Notes: generated by a model from the letters alone, not told the origin. A DNA stretch of 64,000 bases from an uncultured Acidobacteriota bacterium (GCA_963770895.1 CAVYRF010000001.1:1664001-1728000), one strand, 5' to 3'. Positions 51,812-62,137 are shown, counted from the stretch's first letter. A program made the numbers and translations.

Positions 51812-54154
51812 ATGACCTACAGGCAGCTGCTGGTGCGCATTGGCCTGATCCTTTCCATGGTAACGACCGCCGTCCCGGCGCTGGCCCAATCGGCCGCGCT
51901 CAAGGGCGCCATCACCGACGCTGCCGGGCAGGTGGTGGCCGGCGCGGAGATCGAGCTTCGCACCGCCAAGGGCGACCTGGCGGCCCACACCACGACCGAC
52001 CGCCGCGGCGCGTTCGCGATCGATCACGCGGCGCCGGGGACCTACACCCTGACGGTGTTCAAGAACGGCTTTCGCCCGGTAACGCAGACGATCGTCCTGT
52101 CGCACGCCGGCGCCAACCCGCTCGCCATCGTGCTGTCGCCGGGCTACGCGGAAACTCTGACCGTGCAGGCGCCGCCGTTCGCCGGGCCGGGGGTGGCGCC
52201 GAGCGGCTCCAACGACTTCACCGTCGGCGCGCCCGAAATCGCCAGCCTGCCCGCCGGCGCCAACACGGCGCTGAGCGACGTCATCGCCCGCATGCCCGGA
52301 GTGGCGATCGACCAGAACCAGCAGATCCACATCCGCAACACCGAGGGGCCGCAGTTCCAATACCAGCTCAACGGCGTCCTGGTGCCGCTGGACATCAACA
52401 CCAACCCGCCGTTCCTGACCATGATCAATCCGATGTTCATCGAGCGCGTCGACCTGCTCGACGGCATCCTGCCGTCGCGCTACAGCTACGCCACCGGCGG
52501 CGTCGTGGACATCACGACCAAGGATGGTTGCAGCCAGCCCGGCGGCAGCCTGACGATCCTGGGCGGCCAGCGCGACACCATCACGCCGAGCATTCAGTAC
52601 GGCGGTTGCAGCGGCAAGCTGAGCTATTACGTCAGCTCGCTCTACAGCCAGGGCAACACCGCCTTCAGCTCGGCAACCCCCGGACCGACGCCCATCCACG
52701 ACTCAACCAACCAGGGACAGGGCTTCGGCTATTTCTCCTATCAGCTGAGCCCGGACACCAGGGTGAGCGTCGTCGCTTCCGCCGCCGCCAGCGACAACCA
52801 GCTGCCCAACGTCCCCAACCTGCCGCAAGCCTTCACCCTCGCGGGGGCGTCCAACCTGCAGTCGGCGAACATCAATTCGTATCTCAATTTTCGCGACTAC
52901 CTGCTGTCGATCGCCCTGCGCGGCGCGCTCAGCCCCGACCTCACCTATCAGCTGGCGTATTCGATCCATTCGATCACCCAGAGCTTCAAGCCCGACGCCG
53001 CCGGCGAGCTGGTGTTCCAGGGCGTCGCCTCGACCGCCACGCACAACGATAACGACAACACCCTGCAGGGCGATCTGACCTATCACCTGGGCGCCCACAG
53101 CCTGAGCACCGGCTTCTACCTGGGCGCCTACCGGGTCGCCGCCGACGACTCCTCGCTGGTCTTTCCGGTCGATTCCGATGGCAATCAGACCAGCGACGTG
53201 CCGGTGCACCTGACCGATCAGGCGCACGCCACAAACGTCGTGTCGGGCATCTATATCAACGACCTGTGGCAGATCACCGACCGGTTGCGCGTCAACGCCG
53301 GCCTGCGCTGGGACGACCTGACCGGCTTCACCGATCACAATCAGTTCGATCCGACGGTGAACCTGTCGTACCTGCTGACTCCCGCCACCACCCTGCACAC
53401 CGGCTTTGCCCGCACCATGCAGGTGCCGAGCTTTCTGGGCATCCCGCCCAATGCCTCGACGGTCTTCGCCGGTACCACCGCCGGCGGGCCGCCGGGAGTC
53501 TCCAGTCCCCTCACCGAGGACGACTACGAGTGGGACGCCGGCATCGTCCACCGCCTGACGCCGCAGATCACCATCTCGGAAGACAACTTCTATCAGAACA
53601 CCCACCATTACCTGGACACCGGCCAGTTCGGCGTCGTCCCCATCTTCGCCCCGTTCAACTACGACCACGGCTACATCTGGGGCAGCGAGATCGCCTTCGG
53701 CTACAAGCAAGAGCACTTTTCGCTCTACACCAACGTCACCATCGGCAGGAACCGGCAGATCGGCGTCGACACCGGCCAGTTCAACTTCGACCCCGACGAG
53801 CTGGAATACATCGAAACCCATCACATCCCCCTGGATCACCAGCCCCTGGTCGGCATCGCCTCGGGAGCCACCTACGACTGGCGCCAGTACAGCTTCGGCG
53901 TCGACACCATCTACAGCAGCGGCCTGGTCGGCGGCTTTGCCGACCAGGAGCAGCTACCCCCGGTCTTTCAGGTCAACGTCAACGCCCAGCGCTCCTTCCA
54001 GGTCCCCGGCCTGGGCCGCATCACCGATCGCTTCATCCTCCTCAACATCTTCGACCGCATCAACCTCATCCGCCCCGCCGAAGGCATCGGCATCTTCCAA
54101 TCCGCCTACGGCCCCCGCTTCACCATCCTCAACATGATCACCATCCCGCTCTAA
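51812..54154 (+). CDS. TonB-dependent receptor with N-terminal carboxypeptidase-regulatory-like domain
   Basis: Signal peptide; plug motifs PGV...IERVDLL...GGVVDITTK; barrel motif NAGLRWD. Confidence 0.9.
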   Translation: MTYRQLLVRIGLILSMVTTAVPALAQSAALKGAITDAAGQVVAGAEIELRTAKGDLAAHTTTDRRGAFAIDHAAPGTYTLTVFKNGFRPVTQTIVLSHAGANPLAIVLSPGYAETLTVQAPPFAGPGVAPSGSNDFTVGAPEIASLPAGANTALSDVIARMPGVAIDQNQQIHIRNTEGPQFQYQLNGVLVPLDINTNPPFLTMINPMFIERVDLLDGILPSRYSYATGGVVDITTKDGCSQPGGSLTILGGQRDTITPSIQYGGCSGKLSYYVSSLYSQGNTAFSSATPGPTPIHDSTNQGQGFGYFSYQLSPDTRVSVVASAAASDNQLPNVPNLPQAFTLAGASNLQSANINSYLNFRDYLLSIALRGALSPDLTYQLAYSIHSITQSFKPDAAGELVFQGVASTATHNDNDNTLQGDLTYHLGAHSLSTGFYLGAYRVAADDSSLVFPVDSDGNQTSDVPVHLTDQAHATNVVSGIYINDLWQITDRLRVNAGLRWDDLTGFTDHNQFDPTVNLSYLLTPATTLHTGFARTMQVPSFLGIPPNASTVFAGTTAGGPPGVSSPLTEDDYEWDAGIVHRLTPQITISEDNFYQNTHHYLDTGQFGVVPIFAPFNYDHGYIWGSEIAFGYKQEHFSLYTNVTIGRNRQIGVDTGQFNFDPDELEYIETHHIPLDHQPLVGIASGATYDWRQYSFGVDTIYSSGLVGGFADQEQLPPVFQVNVNAQRSFQVPGLGRITDRFILLNIFDRINLIRPAEGIGIFQSAYGPRFTILNMITIPL

Positions 54155-54269
54155 GCCCTCCGCCACACGCCAAGCCCCCGCGCCCCCCGCCCGACCTGAT
54201 CCGGGCGGCGGCGGCCAGGGCGGGCCGAATCGGTCGCGCGCCTGAGCGTCAGGTGGGGGCGGATGGGAT

Positions 54270-54926
54270 TTAGAAGCGGGTGAGGTCGGCGGCTTCGAGG
54301 ATGGGTTTGGGGGCGCCTTGGCGGGCGACGGTGAGCATGGCGCGGCCGAGCTGTTCGGTGGTGGTGACGTGGCGCGGGGCGGCGGCTTGCAGCAGGCCGA
54401 GGATTGGGTACAGCAGGGTGTAGAAGATGCGGTAGGCCGGGGTCCTGGAGCGGGCGCCGTGAAGGGGGCGGATGAAGCCGGGGCGGAACATGCAGGCCTT
54501 GAGGGGCAGGCGCTGCAGGTCGTTTTCGGTCTTGCCCTTGACGCGCGCCCACATGACCCTGCCGTGTTCGGTGCTGTCGGTGCCGGCACCCGACACGTAG
54601 ATGAAGGTCATGCCGGGGTTGAGCCTGGCAAGGACGCGCGCGGCGGCCAGGGTGATGTCGTAGGTGACCTTGCGATACGCCTCTTCCGACAGGCCGGCTG
54701 CCGAGACGCCGAGGCAGAAAAAGCAGGCGTCCTGGTGTGCCAGGTCGGCTTCGACCTGCGAGTAGTCGGTCAGATCGGCAAGCTGGCGCTGGCGCAGCTT
54801 CGGGTGCTGCTGGTCGCTGGCGGTGCGGCCCACGGTGAGCACGCTCCGCACCTGGGAATCGAGCAGGCATTCGCGCAGGACCCCCTGTCCCACCATGCCG
54901 CTGGCGCCGAAGAGGACGACCCTCAT
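54270..54926 (-). CDS. NAD(P)-binding epimerase/atypical SDR (YraR-like)
   Basis: FGASGMVG; ACFFCLG; RVKGKTE. Confidence 0.85.
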   Translation of the reverse strand: MRVVLFGASGMVGQGVLRECLLDSQVRSVLTVGRTASDQQHPKLRQRQLADLTDYSQVEADLAHQDACFFCLGVSAAGLSEEAYRKVTYDITLAAARVLARLNPGMTFIYVSGAGTDSTEHGRVMWARVKGKTENDLQRLPLKACMFRPGFIRPLHGARSRTPAYRIFYTLLYPILGLLQAAAPRHVTTTEQLGRAMLTVARQGAPKPILEAADLTRF

Positions 54927-55022
54927 GGGATCCTCCGCCGCCGGTACGGATAAGATGTGGCCGCGGAAAGCGGTCTGCGGCGCTGCGGGGTACGGCGCCT
55001 GCTGCAGAGGGGGGAATGCGTC

Positions 55023-55397
55023 ATGTCCATGATCTCCGGTGCCCACTTCATTGTACCGAGTCGCGACGTCGAAGCGGACAGAGCGTTTTTTCGCGACGTT
55101 TTGGGCTTTGTGAGCGTCGACGCCGGACACGGCTGGCTGATCTTCGCGCTGCCGCCCGCCGAAGCCGCCTTCCATCCCGCGGCGGCCGACGGCCGCGACC
55201 TCGACCGCGCCTGCCTGTATCTGATGTGCGACGACCTCGCGGCGGTGATCGCCAAGCTGCAAGAGTATGGCGTTGCCTGCGAAGCGGTGACCCAGGAGCG
55301 CTGGGGGAGCGTCACCAACATCGTTCTGCCCAGCGGCGCCAGGCTCGGTCTCTACCAGCCGCGGCATCCCACCGCCCTCGACCTGAACCGGCCCTGA
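55023..55397 (+). CDS. VOC/glyoxalase family protein
   Basis: DRAFFRDVLG; LYLMCDD; WG...LPSG..LGLYQP. Confidence 0.85.
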   Translation: MSMISGAHFIVPSRDVEADRAFFRDVLGFVSVDAGHGWLIFALPPAEAAFHPAAADGRDLDRACLYLMCDDLAAVIAKLQEYGVACEAVTQERWGSVTNIVLPSGARLGLYQPRHPTALDLNRP

Positions 55398-55443
55398 GCG
55401 ATCCGCACGCTGCCATGCATCCTGACGCTGCCATGTATCCTGA

Positions 55444-55482
55444 TGGCCTGTCCTGGAGAATTCGAAAAACGCCTGGCTTGCC
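55444..55482. repeat. Truncated end of the 165-bp hairpin element
   Basis: TGGCCTGTCCTGGAGAATTCGAAA is the reverse complement of the right arm of the 62138 copy. Confidence 0.7.
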
Positions 55483-55504
55483 CTCGCGGGCGGGGGCTGC
55501 GTTG

Positions 55505-55605
55505 CGCCCTGCCGGGAGTGCCGGGCCAGGCGACAGCCCCGGCCGCCCTGCCGGGAGTGCCGGGCCAGGCGACAGCCCCGGCCGCCTTGGCGGGAGTGCC
55601 GGGCG
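55505..55605. repeat. 39-bp tandem repeat (~2.5 units)
   Basis: GCCCTGCCGGGAGTGCCGGGCCAGGCGACAGCCCCGGCC repeated; a separate 18-bp duplication lies at about 55407-55443. Confidence 0.8.
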
Positions 55606-55628
55606 GCACGTAGCCGGGTACGGCGCTG

Positions 55629-56453
55629 TTGGCCGCCGGCCGGCCCGCGGCGAGCGGGGAAGAGGCGCCCTTGGAGATTCGTGAGTTCGCGCTGGGAGTG
55701 CTGCTGGCGGAGGACCTTGAGGTCAAGCTGGCGAGCCGTGCCGGCGAGCTGACGGACGCGGCGCCGGGGCCGGCCTGGCGGGCGGCCGGGCCGGGGCGGC
55801 CGGCGGAGCTGCGGATGGTTGCGGGGCGGCGCGCCAAGGCGCCGGGCATCCAGGGGATGGCGGACGCGGCGCAGCGGCCCCGCATCCTGCATGCGCTGGC
55901 CAGCCACGAACTGCAGGCGGCCGAGCTGTTCGCGTGGGCGCTGCTGGCGTTCCCGCAGGCGCCGGGCGAGTTCCGGCGCGGACTGCTGGCGATCCTCGAC
56001 GACGAGCAGCGCCATACGCGGATGTACCTGGCGCGGCTCGCGGCGCAGGGCGCTCGCTTCGGCGACTTTCCGGTCAACGGCTATTTCTGGAAGAAGGTGC
56101 CGGCGATCACCTCGCCGCTGCGTTTCCTGTGCGCCATGTCGCTGACGTTCGAAAACGCCAACCTGGATCACACGGTCGAGTACGCCGCGGCGGCGCGCCG
56201 CGCGGGCGACGAAAAGACCGCGGCGGTGATCGATCGCGTGCACCGCGACGAGATCGAGCACGTGCGTTTCGGCTGGACCTGGCTGCTGCGCTTCAAGGCC
56301 GATCGGCAGTCGCCGTGGGACGCCTTCGCCGCCAACCTCGACTTTCCGCTGCGCCCGGCGCGCGCCCGCGGCAAAGTCTTCCACCGCCGCGGCCGGGAAG
56401 CCGCCGGTCTGGATCGCGACTTCATCGAGCGCCTGGAAGCCAGCCGCCCATGA
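55629..56453 (+). CDS. DUF455-like ferritin-fold protein
   Basis: HALASHELQAAELF; DEQRH; FENANLD; DEIEHVRFG. Start uncertain. Confidence 0.82.
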   Translation: MAAGRPAASGEEAPLEIREFALGVLLAEDLEVKLASRAGELTDAAPGPAWRAAGPGRPAELRMVAGRRAKAPGIQGMADAAQRPRILHALASHELQAAELFAWALLAFPQAPGEFRRGLLAILDDEQRHTRMYLARLAAQGARFGDFPVNGYFWKKVPAITSPLRFLCAMSLTFENANLDHTVEYAAAARRAGDEKTAAVIDRVHRDEIEHVRFGWTWLLRFKADRQSPWDAFAANLDFPLRPARARGKVFHRRGREAAGLDRDFIERLEASRP

Positions 56454-58147
56454 CGCCCGGCGGGGAGCCGCCGCGCCTCCTGCTCGGCAACCTGGACTGC
56501 GAAGACGACCTGGCGCAGCAGCATGCCGCCACGCCCGGCGCCCGCCCGCCGCGCCGCCATCCCTGGACCCGCCGCGCCCTCGCCAGGGCCGCCGGCGCCG
56601 CCACCCTCCTGCGCGTCTTCGCCGCGCCCGGCGACCGCTTGTGGCTCCTCGCCCCGATCGAGCCGGACTGCCTTGCCGACGTGCCGGGCCTGGCGCGCCC
56701 GCAGCTCCTGTGCGGCCCCTTGCCGGCGCAGGAACCCGCCGCCTGCGTTCTCGCCTGGTGCGAAACGCGGCCCGTCGCCGCGCTGCGCGCCGGCGGCGAT
56801 CTGCCGGTCGCCATCGATCGATCGGACTCCGCTTCCGCGCCGGACGATGAGAATGGAGTGGGAGCTGGCAGCGCCGCCGGGTGCGAAACACGGACCACGG
56901 CCGCGCTGCGCGCCGGCGGCGAGCTGCTGGTCGCCGTCGATTCGCCGGCGTGTCATGCCGCGGCGGCGAAGGCGGTCGGGGAGGCTGGGCTGCCGATGTG
57001 CTTGGATGCAGGGGTGAGCGCTGCCCGCGCGGCCGGTGCCGCGGCGCGCGGGCTGGTGACGCCGGATTCAGCTTTGCTGGTGCGGCCGTCAGCGACGGCA
57101 GCCCAGCCGGCCGGGCGGGCACGTGATGCGTCGCGCACACTTGCAGCAGACCCGCCGGCCGGCTTGCCGCTTTGCGAGATCGTGTGGCGGCTGCCGGCGG
57201 CGCCCGCGGCGGTGGTGGCTGCCGTCAACCATCGATCCTTTTGCCTTGCGGTGCAGCGGCAGGTCGGCTGCGCGCTATCGGGCGCCTGCATGGTGGGCTC
57301 GATGGCGGAGCTGGAGGCGCATCTTGGCGCTGGTAGCCAGGGGGGCTGGGCGGTTGGAGGTTACGGCGGCGGGGACGAGGGCGATCGCGGCGGCTGGGGG
57401 GACGGTGATTGTAGCGATTGGGTGGTGAAAGCGCCGCTGTCCGCGGCGGGCCGCGCGCGTGTGATCGTGCGCCGGGCGCAGGAGCCCGGCGGCCTGCGGC
57501 GGCCGGAGGTGCGGCGCAGCGTCGAACGTCTCTTTGCGCGGCACGGCGCGCTGCTGTTCGAGCCGTGGCTGGCGCGCTGCGCCGACTTTGGCGCCGCCGG
57601 CCTGCTGATGGCGACGGGGGTGCGCTGGGTGGGCTTCCACCGCCAGCAGGTCGACGCGCGCGGCCGATTTGCCGGCATCGACGTCCGCGTCGCCGGCGAC
57701 CGGGACGTTGCCGGCCGCGATCCGGCCGACGCCCTGCCCGGCTCTGATGCCGACCTTTCGAGCGGCGACATGGCACGCTGGCGCATGGTCCTGGACGCCG
57801 CCGCCGGCGCCCTGCATCGCGCCGGCTACCGCGGGCCGTTCGGCATCGATGCCTGGCAGTACCAGGATGCCGCGGGCGCCCGCCATCTCCACCCCCTGGG
57901 TGAGATCAACGCCCGCGCCACGTTCGGCCTGGTCGCCCACGCCCTGGTCGAGCGCCTGCGCCAGCCCCTGCGCCTGGCCGACGGAGATCGCCTCCGCCTC
58001 ATCCTGGGTGACGCCCCGCCAGGCGCCACCCCCACCGCCGCCGCCGCTGGCTCCGGCGCCGGCGCCGTCCAGGTCGTGCCTCTGCTGCACGCCGCCGGCC
58101 CGTCCGGACCGGCCGCCTGGCTGGAGATCGCGCGCTGCCATCAGTGA
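56450..58147 (+). CDS. ATP-grasp-fold protein
   Basis: WVVKAP; LFEPW; GYRGPFGIDA; EINAR; ATGA coupling to the DUF455 gene. Confidence 0.7.
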   Translation: MTPGGEPPRLLLGNLDCEDDLAQQHAATPGARPPRRHPWTRRALARAAGAATLLRVFAAPGDRLWLLAPIEPDCLADVPGLARPQLLCGPLPAQEPAACVLAWCETRPVAALRAGGDLPVAIDRSDSASAPDDENGVGAGSAAGCETRTTAALRAGGELLVAVDSPACHAAAAKAVGEAGLPMCLDAGVSAARAAGAAARGLVTPDSALLVRPSATAAQPAGRARDASRTLAADPPAGLPLCEIVWRLPAAPAAVVAAVNHRSFCLAVQRQVGCALSGACMVGSMAELEAHLGAGSQGGWAVGGYGGGDEGDRGGWGDGDCSDWVVKAPLSAAGRARVIVRRAQEPGGLRRPEVRRSVERLFARHGALLFEPWLARCADFGAAGLLMATGVRWVGFHRQQVDARGRFAGIDVRVAGDRDVAGRDPADALPGSDADLSSGDMARWRMVLDAAAGALHRAGYRGPFGIDAWQYQDAAGARHLHPLGEINARATFGLVAHALVERLRQPLRLADGDRLRLILGDAPPGATPTAAAAGSGAGAVQVVPLLHAAGPSGPAAWLEIARCHQ

Positions 58148-58224
58148 GCCGGCGCCGGCATCAGTAAGCCTGCGCCGCCGGCCGTAAGCCTGCGCCGCCG
58201 GCGGTGCGCCTGCCGCGGCGGCGT

Positions 58225-58737
58225 TCAGGCCTGGGCGTCCGCCGAGGGTCCGTAGATGGCGGGGACGGGGGCGTCGTTGAGGCGCAGGTAGACGGTGAGC
58301 TGGCCGCGGTGGTGGGCAAGGTGGCCGAAGAGGCCGTCGGCGATGGCGACGTGGCGGATCTGTTCGCTGACCACGTGGCCGCCGTAGAGCATGCGCCAGG
58401 GCTGCATCAGGCGCTCGTCGGTGGTGTTTTGCAGCGCGCGGCGGGCCAGGGCCGCGGAGTCGTCGAGCAGGCGGACCAGGGCTTCGCTGGAGGGCTGGGC
58501 GGTGGGGGTAAACGGCGATTGGCCGCCGCCCGGCGGCTTGATGTCGTGCTGGTCGTGCTCGACCATCATGGAGACCCAGGCAGGCATGATGGCGACCAGG
58601 GCGGCCAGGTAGCCGAGCTGCATGGACCTGGGGTGCGGGCGCCAGTCGTTGCGGCCTGCGGGTACCTGGATCAGCGCGCGGCGAGTCGGGGGGACCTCCC
58701 GCTCCAGCTGGGCGAGAAAGAATTCGGTCATCTTCAT
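58225..58737 (-). CDS. DinB family protein
   Basis: WRPHPRSM; HLAHHRGQLTVYLR; PAIYGPS. Confidence 0.9.
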   Translation of the reverse strand: MKMTEFFLAQLEREVPPTRRALIQVPAGRNDWRPHPRSMQLGYLAALVAIMPAWVSMMVEHDQHDIKPPGGGQSPFTPTAQPSSEALVRLLDDSAALARRALQNTTDERLMQPWRMLYGGHVVSEQIRHVAIADGLFGHLAHHRGQLTVYLRLNDAPVPAIYGPSADAQA

Positions 58738-58806
58738 GGCGTCTCCTTGCGTCGGCCTGGGCGTGGGGCTCGCTTGCCCCAGCGGGAGGAGAATAGCCGC
58801 CTATAT

Positions 58807-58823
58807 ATGACATCTTGTGGCAT
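58807..58823. promoter_or_regulatory. Imperfect palindrome, putative WYL-regulator operator
   Basis: ATGACA-N5-TGGCAT between the divergent dinB-family and WYL genes. Confidence 0.4.
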
Positions 58824-58846
58824 GATTCGCATGCGAGATTGGCGAC

Positions 58847-59833
58847 ATGCGGGCCGACCGGCTGCTTTCGGCGTTGTTGCTGCTGCAGGCCCATGGGCGC
58901 CTGAGCGGGCGCCAGCTCGCGGCGCGCCTGGAGGTGTCGCAGCGCACGGTGCACCGCGACATGGAAGCCCTGGGCGCCGCCGGCGTGCCGGTCTATGCCC
59001 TGCGCGGGGCGCGCGGCGGTTGGCAGCTGGAGGAGGGTTGGCGGACGCGGGTGCCAGGGCTCGACGAAGCCGAGCTGCGCGGGCTGTTGATGGCGCAGCC
59101 GCGCCTGGCGGGCGACCCGCGGCTGATTGCCGCCGCCGAAAGCGCGCTCGGCAAGTTGATGGCGGCGCTGCCGGCGACGATGCGCGACAAGGCGGCGTCG
59201 ATCCGCCAGCGGCTGCACGTGGACCCCACCGGCTGGCAGGGCATGACCGAGGACCTGTCGATGCTTCCGATCGTCCAGGACGCGGTGGCGCGGGACCGCA
59301 AGCTGGCGTTCCGCTACCCGCGCTCCGGCGGCGGCCGCGGCGAACGCACGGTCGATCCTCTCGGCCTGGTGGCAAAGGGTTTCGCGTGGTACCTGGTGGC
59401 GCACACGGCCGCCGGCATGCGCACGTTCCGGGTGTCTCGCATGGCGCAGGTGCGCCTCCTGGATGCGGCCGCCGATCGCCCCGCCGGCTTCGACCTGGCT
59501 TCCCATTGGCAGTCATCGGTGGCGCAGCTGGAGCAGGGACAGCCCCACTATTGCGCCACGTTCCGGCTGGCGCCGGACGCCGCCAGGACGATCGGCGGGT
59601 GGCGCACCGCCACCCGCGTGGCAGCCACGGATCACGACGGATGGGCCACCTTCGAAGTGTCGTTTGCCAACGCCGACGAAGCCTGCTTCGTCGCCCTCGG
59701 CCTGGGCACGCGGGTCGACATCGTGGCGCCCGCGGCGTTGCGCGCGCAGGTGATCGCCGAAGGCACTGCGGCCCTGGCGCGGCACCAGCGTCCGGCGGTG
59801 GCCGGCCCCGCCGCGGCACGGCGCCAGGTTTAG
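58847..59833 (+). CDS. YafY-like HTH-WYL transcriptional regulator
   Basis: LEVSQRTVHRD; VDPLGLV; WYLVA; RTFRVSR. Confidence 0.92.
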   Translation: MRADRLLSALLLLQAHGRLSGRQLAARLEVSQRTVHRDMEALGAAGVPVYALRGARGGWQLEEGWRTRVPGLDEAELRGLLMAQPRLAGDPRLIAAAESALGKLMAALPATMRDKAASIRQRLHVDPTGWQGMTEDLSMLPIVQDAVARDRKLAFRYPRSGGGRGERTVDPLGLVAKGFAWYLVAHTAAGMRTFRVSRMAQVRLLDAAADRPAGFDLASHWQSSVAQLEQGQPHYCATFRLAPDAARTIGGWRTATRVAATDHDGWATFEVSFANADEACFVALGLGTRVDIVAPAALRAQVIAEGTAALARHQRPAVAGPAAARRQV

Positions 59834-59941
59834 CGGCGAAAGAAAAACGAACACGGGGCGACGGTGCGCCCAGGACCATCCCGGCGCCCGCACGCTACAT
59901 TGCGCCAGATCCTGCAACGGACGACCAGGGAGAACGACACC

Positions 59942-60517
59942 ATGACGACCACGCCACTACGCAGAGGAACCTCAAGGGTGGGGGCGGCCGTCGCCGCCGC
60001 CTGTGCCGTGCTGGGCTGGCTTACCGTGGACGCGACCGCGGCGCTTGCCCAGGCTGCATCGTGCCAGCCGGTGTTCGCAGCGGCAGCCAGGCAGGTCGCC
60101 CTGCCGCTGCACATGTACATGACGCAGACCGGCGGCGCCACGCCCGGCAAGACGATCCGCTCCGAGACCATCCATGCCGGCGGTGCGATCTACGTTCAGG
60201 TCAACGGCACCTGGAGCCGCAGCCACATGACCGTCCAGGAGTTGCAGCAGCAGGAAGCGGAGAACCAGCGCAACGCCAAGGGGACGACCTGCCGGTACCT
60301 GCGCGACGAGGCGGTGAACGGCCAGGCGGCCGCGGTGTATAGCGAGCGCACCGCGGATGCCGATTCCAAGACCGACGCCACCGTCTGGATCTCGAAGAGC
60401 CAGGGCGTGCCGCTGCGCGTTGACATGGACATGGACGTCGGCGGGCCGGGCGGCAAGAGCCATTACACGACGCGCTACGAGTATGGCGCCGTACAGCCGC
60501 CGCCCGGCGTCCGCTGA
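59942..60517 (+). CDS. Secreted hypothetical protein (LolA/LppX-like beta fold possible)
   Basis: Signal peptide; GGAG RBS; VWISKSQGVPLR. Confidence 0.7.
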   Translation: MTTTPLRRGTSRVGAAVAAACAVLGWLTVDATAALAQAASCQPVFAAAARQVALPLHMYMTQTGGATPGKTIRSETIHAGGAIYVQVNGTWSRSHMTVQELQQQEAENQRNAKGTTCRYLRDEAVNGQAAAVYSERTADADSKTDATVWISKSQGVPLRVDMDMDVGGPGGKSHYTTRYEYGAVQPPPGVR

Positions 60518-60559
60518 TCCTCGACGCCACGGCGACCGCGGACAGCGCGGCGGGGCCGG

Positions 60560-62137
60560 CTACCGCAGGTAGCCGAGCGACCGCAGCTCTTCGATGACCT
60601 TGGCGTCGGCGCCGGACTTGCGCGCCGCGCCGGGGTGCGCGGGGCCCCAGGTGCGGATGGTGCGCAGGGGGTGGCGCTGGCGGAACTCGGGCCGGTAGAG
60701 CTGGGTCCAGGCGCGGCCGACAAAGTTTTCTGCCACCGGCAGGCCGAGCCCGTACAGGACGGTCGGCGTGATGTCGTGGACGCTGATGCCCTTGACGTCG
60801 GCGCCCGGCGCCAGGTTGGGCCCGGCGGCGATCAGGATGCCGTCGTTGCTCGAATCGTGGGTGCCGGACAGCTCGCTGACGTCGGTCACGACGTCGGCGA
60901 CCTGCTTGCCGTCGACCAGCACGCGGGTGGTGGTGCCGACCGACGACAGCAGCGCCACGAAGTCGCCGCCGGCCTGCTGCTCGCGGCCGCGCACGTCGCG
61001 CACGATGAAGACCGGCTCGCCGCCGGCGAAGGTCACCCGCCGCAGGTCGGCTTCGAAGCGGGTGCGGGCGGCGTCGCACTGCTCCTGCGTCAGGGTGCCG
61101 CCCGGCTCGCGGCCGGCGAGCGCGCAGCGCACCAGCTTCTTGCGCTGATAGGTCGGGCTGGCGTAGGTGTACAGCTGGGTGCGGCGCATGGCGACGCCCG
61201 CGGCGTTGCGCTTCTGGTAGCCCAACCGCACCAGCAGCGCATCCAGGTCGGAGTCGGTGTGCAGCTCGGTGGTGCGGGCGGCGCGAAAGCCGTGGTCGGA
61301 GATGACCAGCACGTCGAGCGGCGTGCGCGCCGCGCTCAGCACCTCGCCGATCGCCGCGTCGATGGCGCGATAGATGCGCTGCACCGGGCTGTCGCCGTGC
61401 GGCGAGGGGCCGGGTTCGACCGCTTCGAATTCCTTCCAATGGTGATGGCTCACGATGTCGGCGCTGCGGAAGTAGAGCAGCACCAGGTCGGGGTCCTGGG
61501 CGACCAGGCGCCGCGCCGCGGCGGCCATCACCGCGTCGCGCAGCTCGGGTTCCTCGCTGGCCGCAAAGTAGGGCCGTGTGCGCGCCCAGCGCAGGTCCTC
61601 GGCCAGCTTGGGAAGGTAGGCTGCCGGGGAAACGCGGGAGTCGATGTCGAACAGGACGCGATCGGTGACCACGACGCCGTTGATGTCCTCGGCGGGCCAC
61701 GATCCCCACCAGCCCAGCACCGAGACGTGCCGGTGGGCGCTGGTGAGCATCGTCCAGAGCGCCGGCACGCGCCGGATCGTCGAGGAGATCGGCACGTTGC
61801 CGTGCTCGCTGGGCACGACGAAATCGGTGATGCCGTGCTCGGCGGGAGTGACGCCGGTGGCGATCGTCGTCCAGATCACCGGCGACGCGTTGTAGGCAGT
61901 GTGCAGCGTGGCGCTGGTGCCGCGCCCGGCAAGCCGCCGCAGGTTGGGCAGCTCGCCGTCCTGCCACATGGTCCGCACCACCCGCCACTCCGCGCCGTCG
62001 ATGCCGACGACGAGGATCGGCGCAACCTGGGCCGGGTTGTCGCGTCGCAACCACCAGGTGGTGATGCCTGCCGCGAGGACCCCGCAGACCAAAAGCACCA
62101 GCCAGAGCCGTCGCGCCGCGCGAGATGAGATGCGCAC
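60560..62137 (-). CDS. Alkaline phosphatase superfamily (type I phosphodiesterase) protein
   Basis: VVGIDGAEW; SPVIWTTIATG; ISDHGF; DITPTVL; LRSLGYL. Confidence 0.88.
   Translation of the reverse strand: MRISSRAARRLWLVLLVCGVLAAGITTWWLRRDNPAQVAPILVVGIDGAEWRVVRTMWQDGELPNLRRLAGRGTSATLHTAYNASPVIWTTIATGVTPAEHGITDFVVPSEHGNVPISSTIRRVPALWTMLTSAHRHVSVLGWWGSWPAEDINGVVVTDRVLFDIDSRVSPAAYLPKLAEDLRWARTRPYFAASEEPELRDAVMAAAARRLVAQDPDLVLLYFRSADIVSHHHWKEFEAVEPGPSPHGDSPVQRIYRAIDAAIGEVLSAARTPLDVLVISDHGFRAARTTELHTDSDLDALLVRLGYQKRNAAGVAMRRTQLYTYASPTYQRKKLVRCALAGREPGGTLTQEQCDAARTRFEADLRRVTFAGGEPVFIVRDVRGREQQAGGDFVALLSSVGTTTRVLVDGKQVADVVTDVSELSGTHDSSNDGILIAAGPNLAPGADVKGISVHDITPTVLYGLGLPVAENFVGRAWTQLYRPEFRQRHPLRTIRTWGPAHPGAARKSGADAKVIEELRSLGYLR

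Noticed and set aside
55400-55610. Possible CRISPR array
   Set aside because: Repeats are adjacent without unique spacers, and no cas genes are present.
54270-57140. 956-aa ORF
   Set aside because: Only the last 218 aa are a real epimerase-like protein; the rest is antisense read-through.
58141-58220. 20-bp tandem repeat between convergent genes
   Set aside because: Short GC-rich slippage repeat with no spacers; little information.
58225-59833. WYL regulator as a defence-system marker
   Set aside because: A divergent YafY-like/DinB pair is a common stress module, and no defence genes are adjacent.
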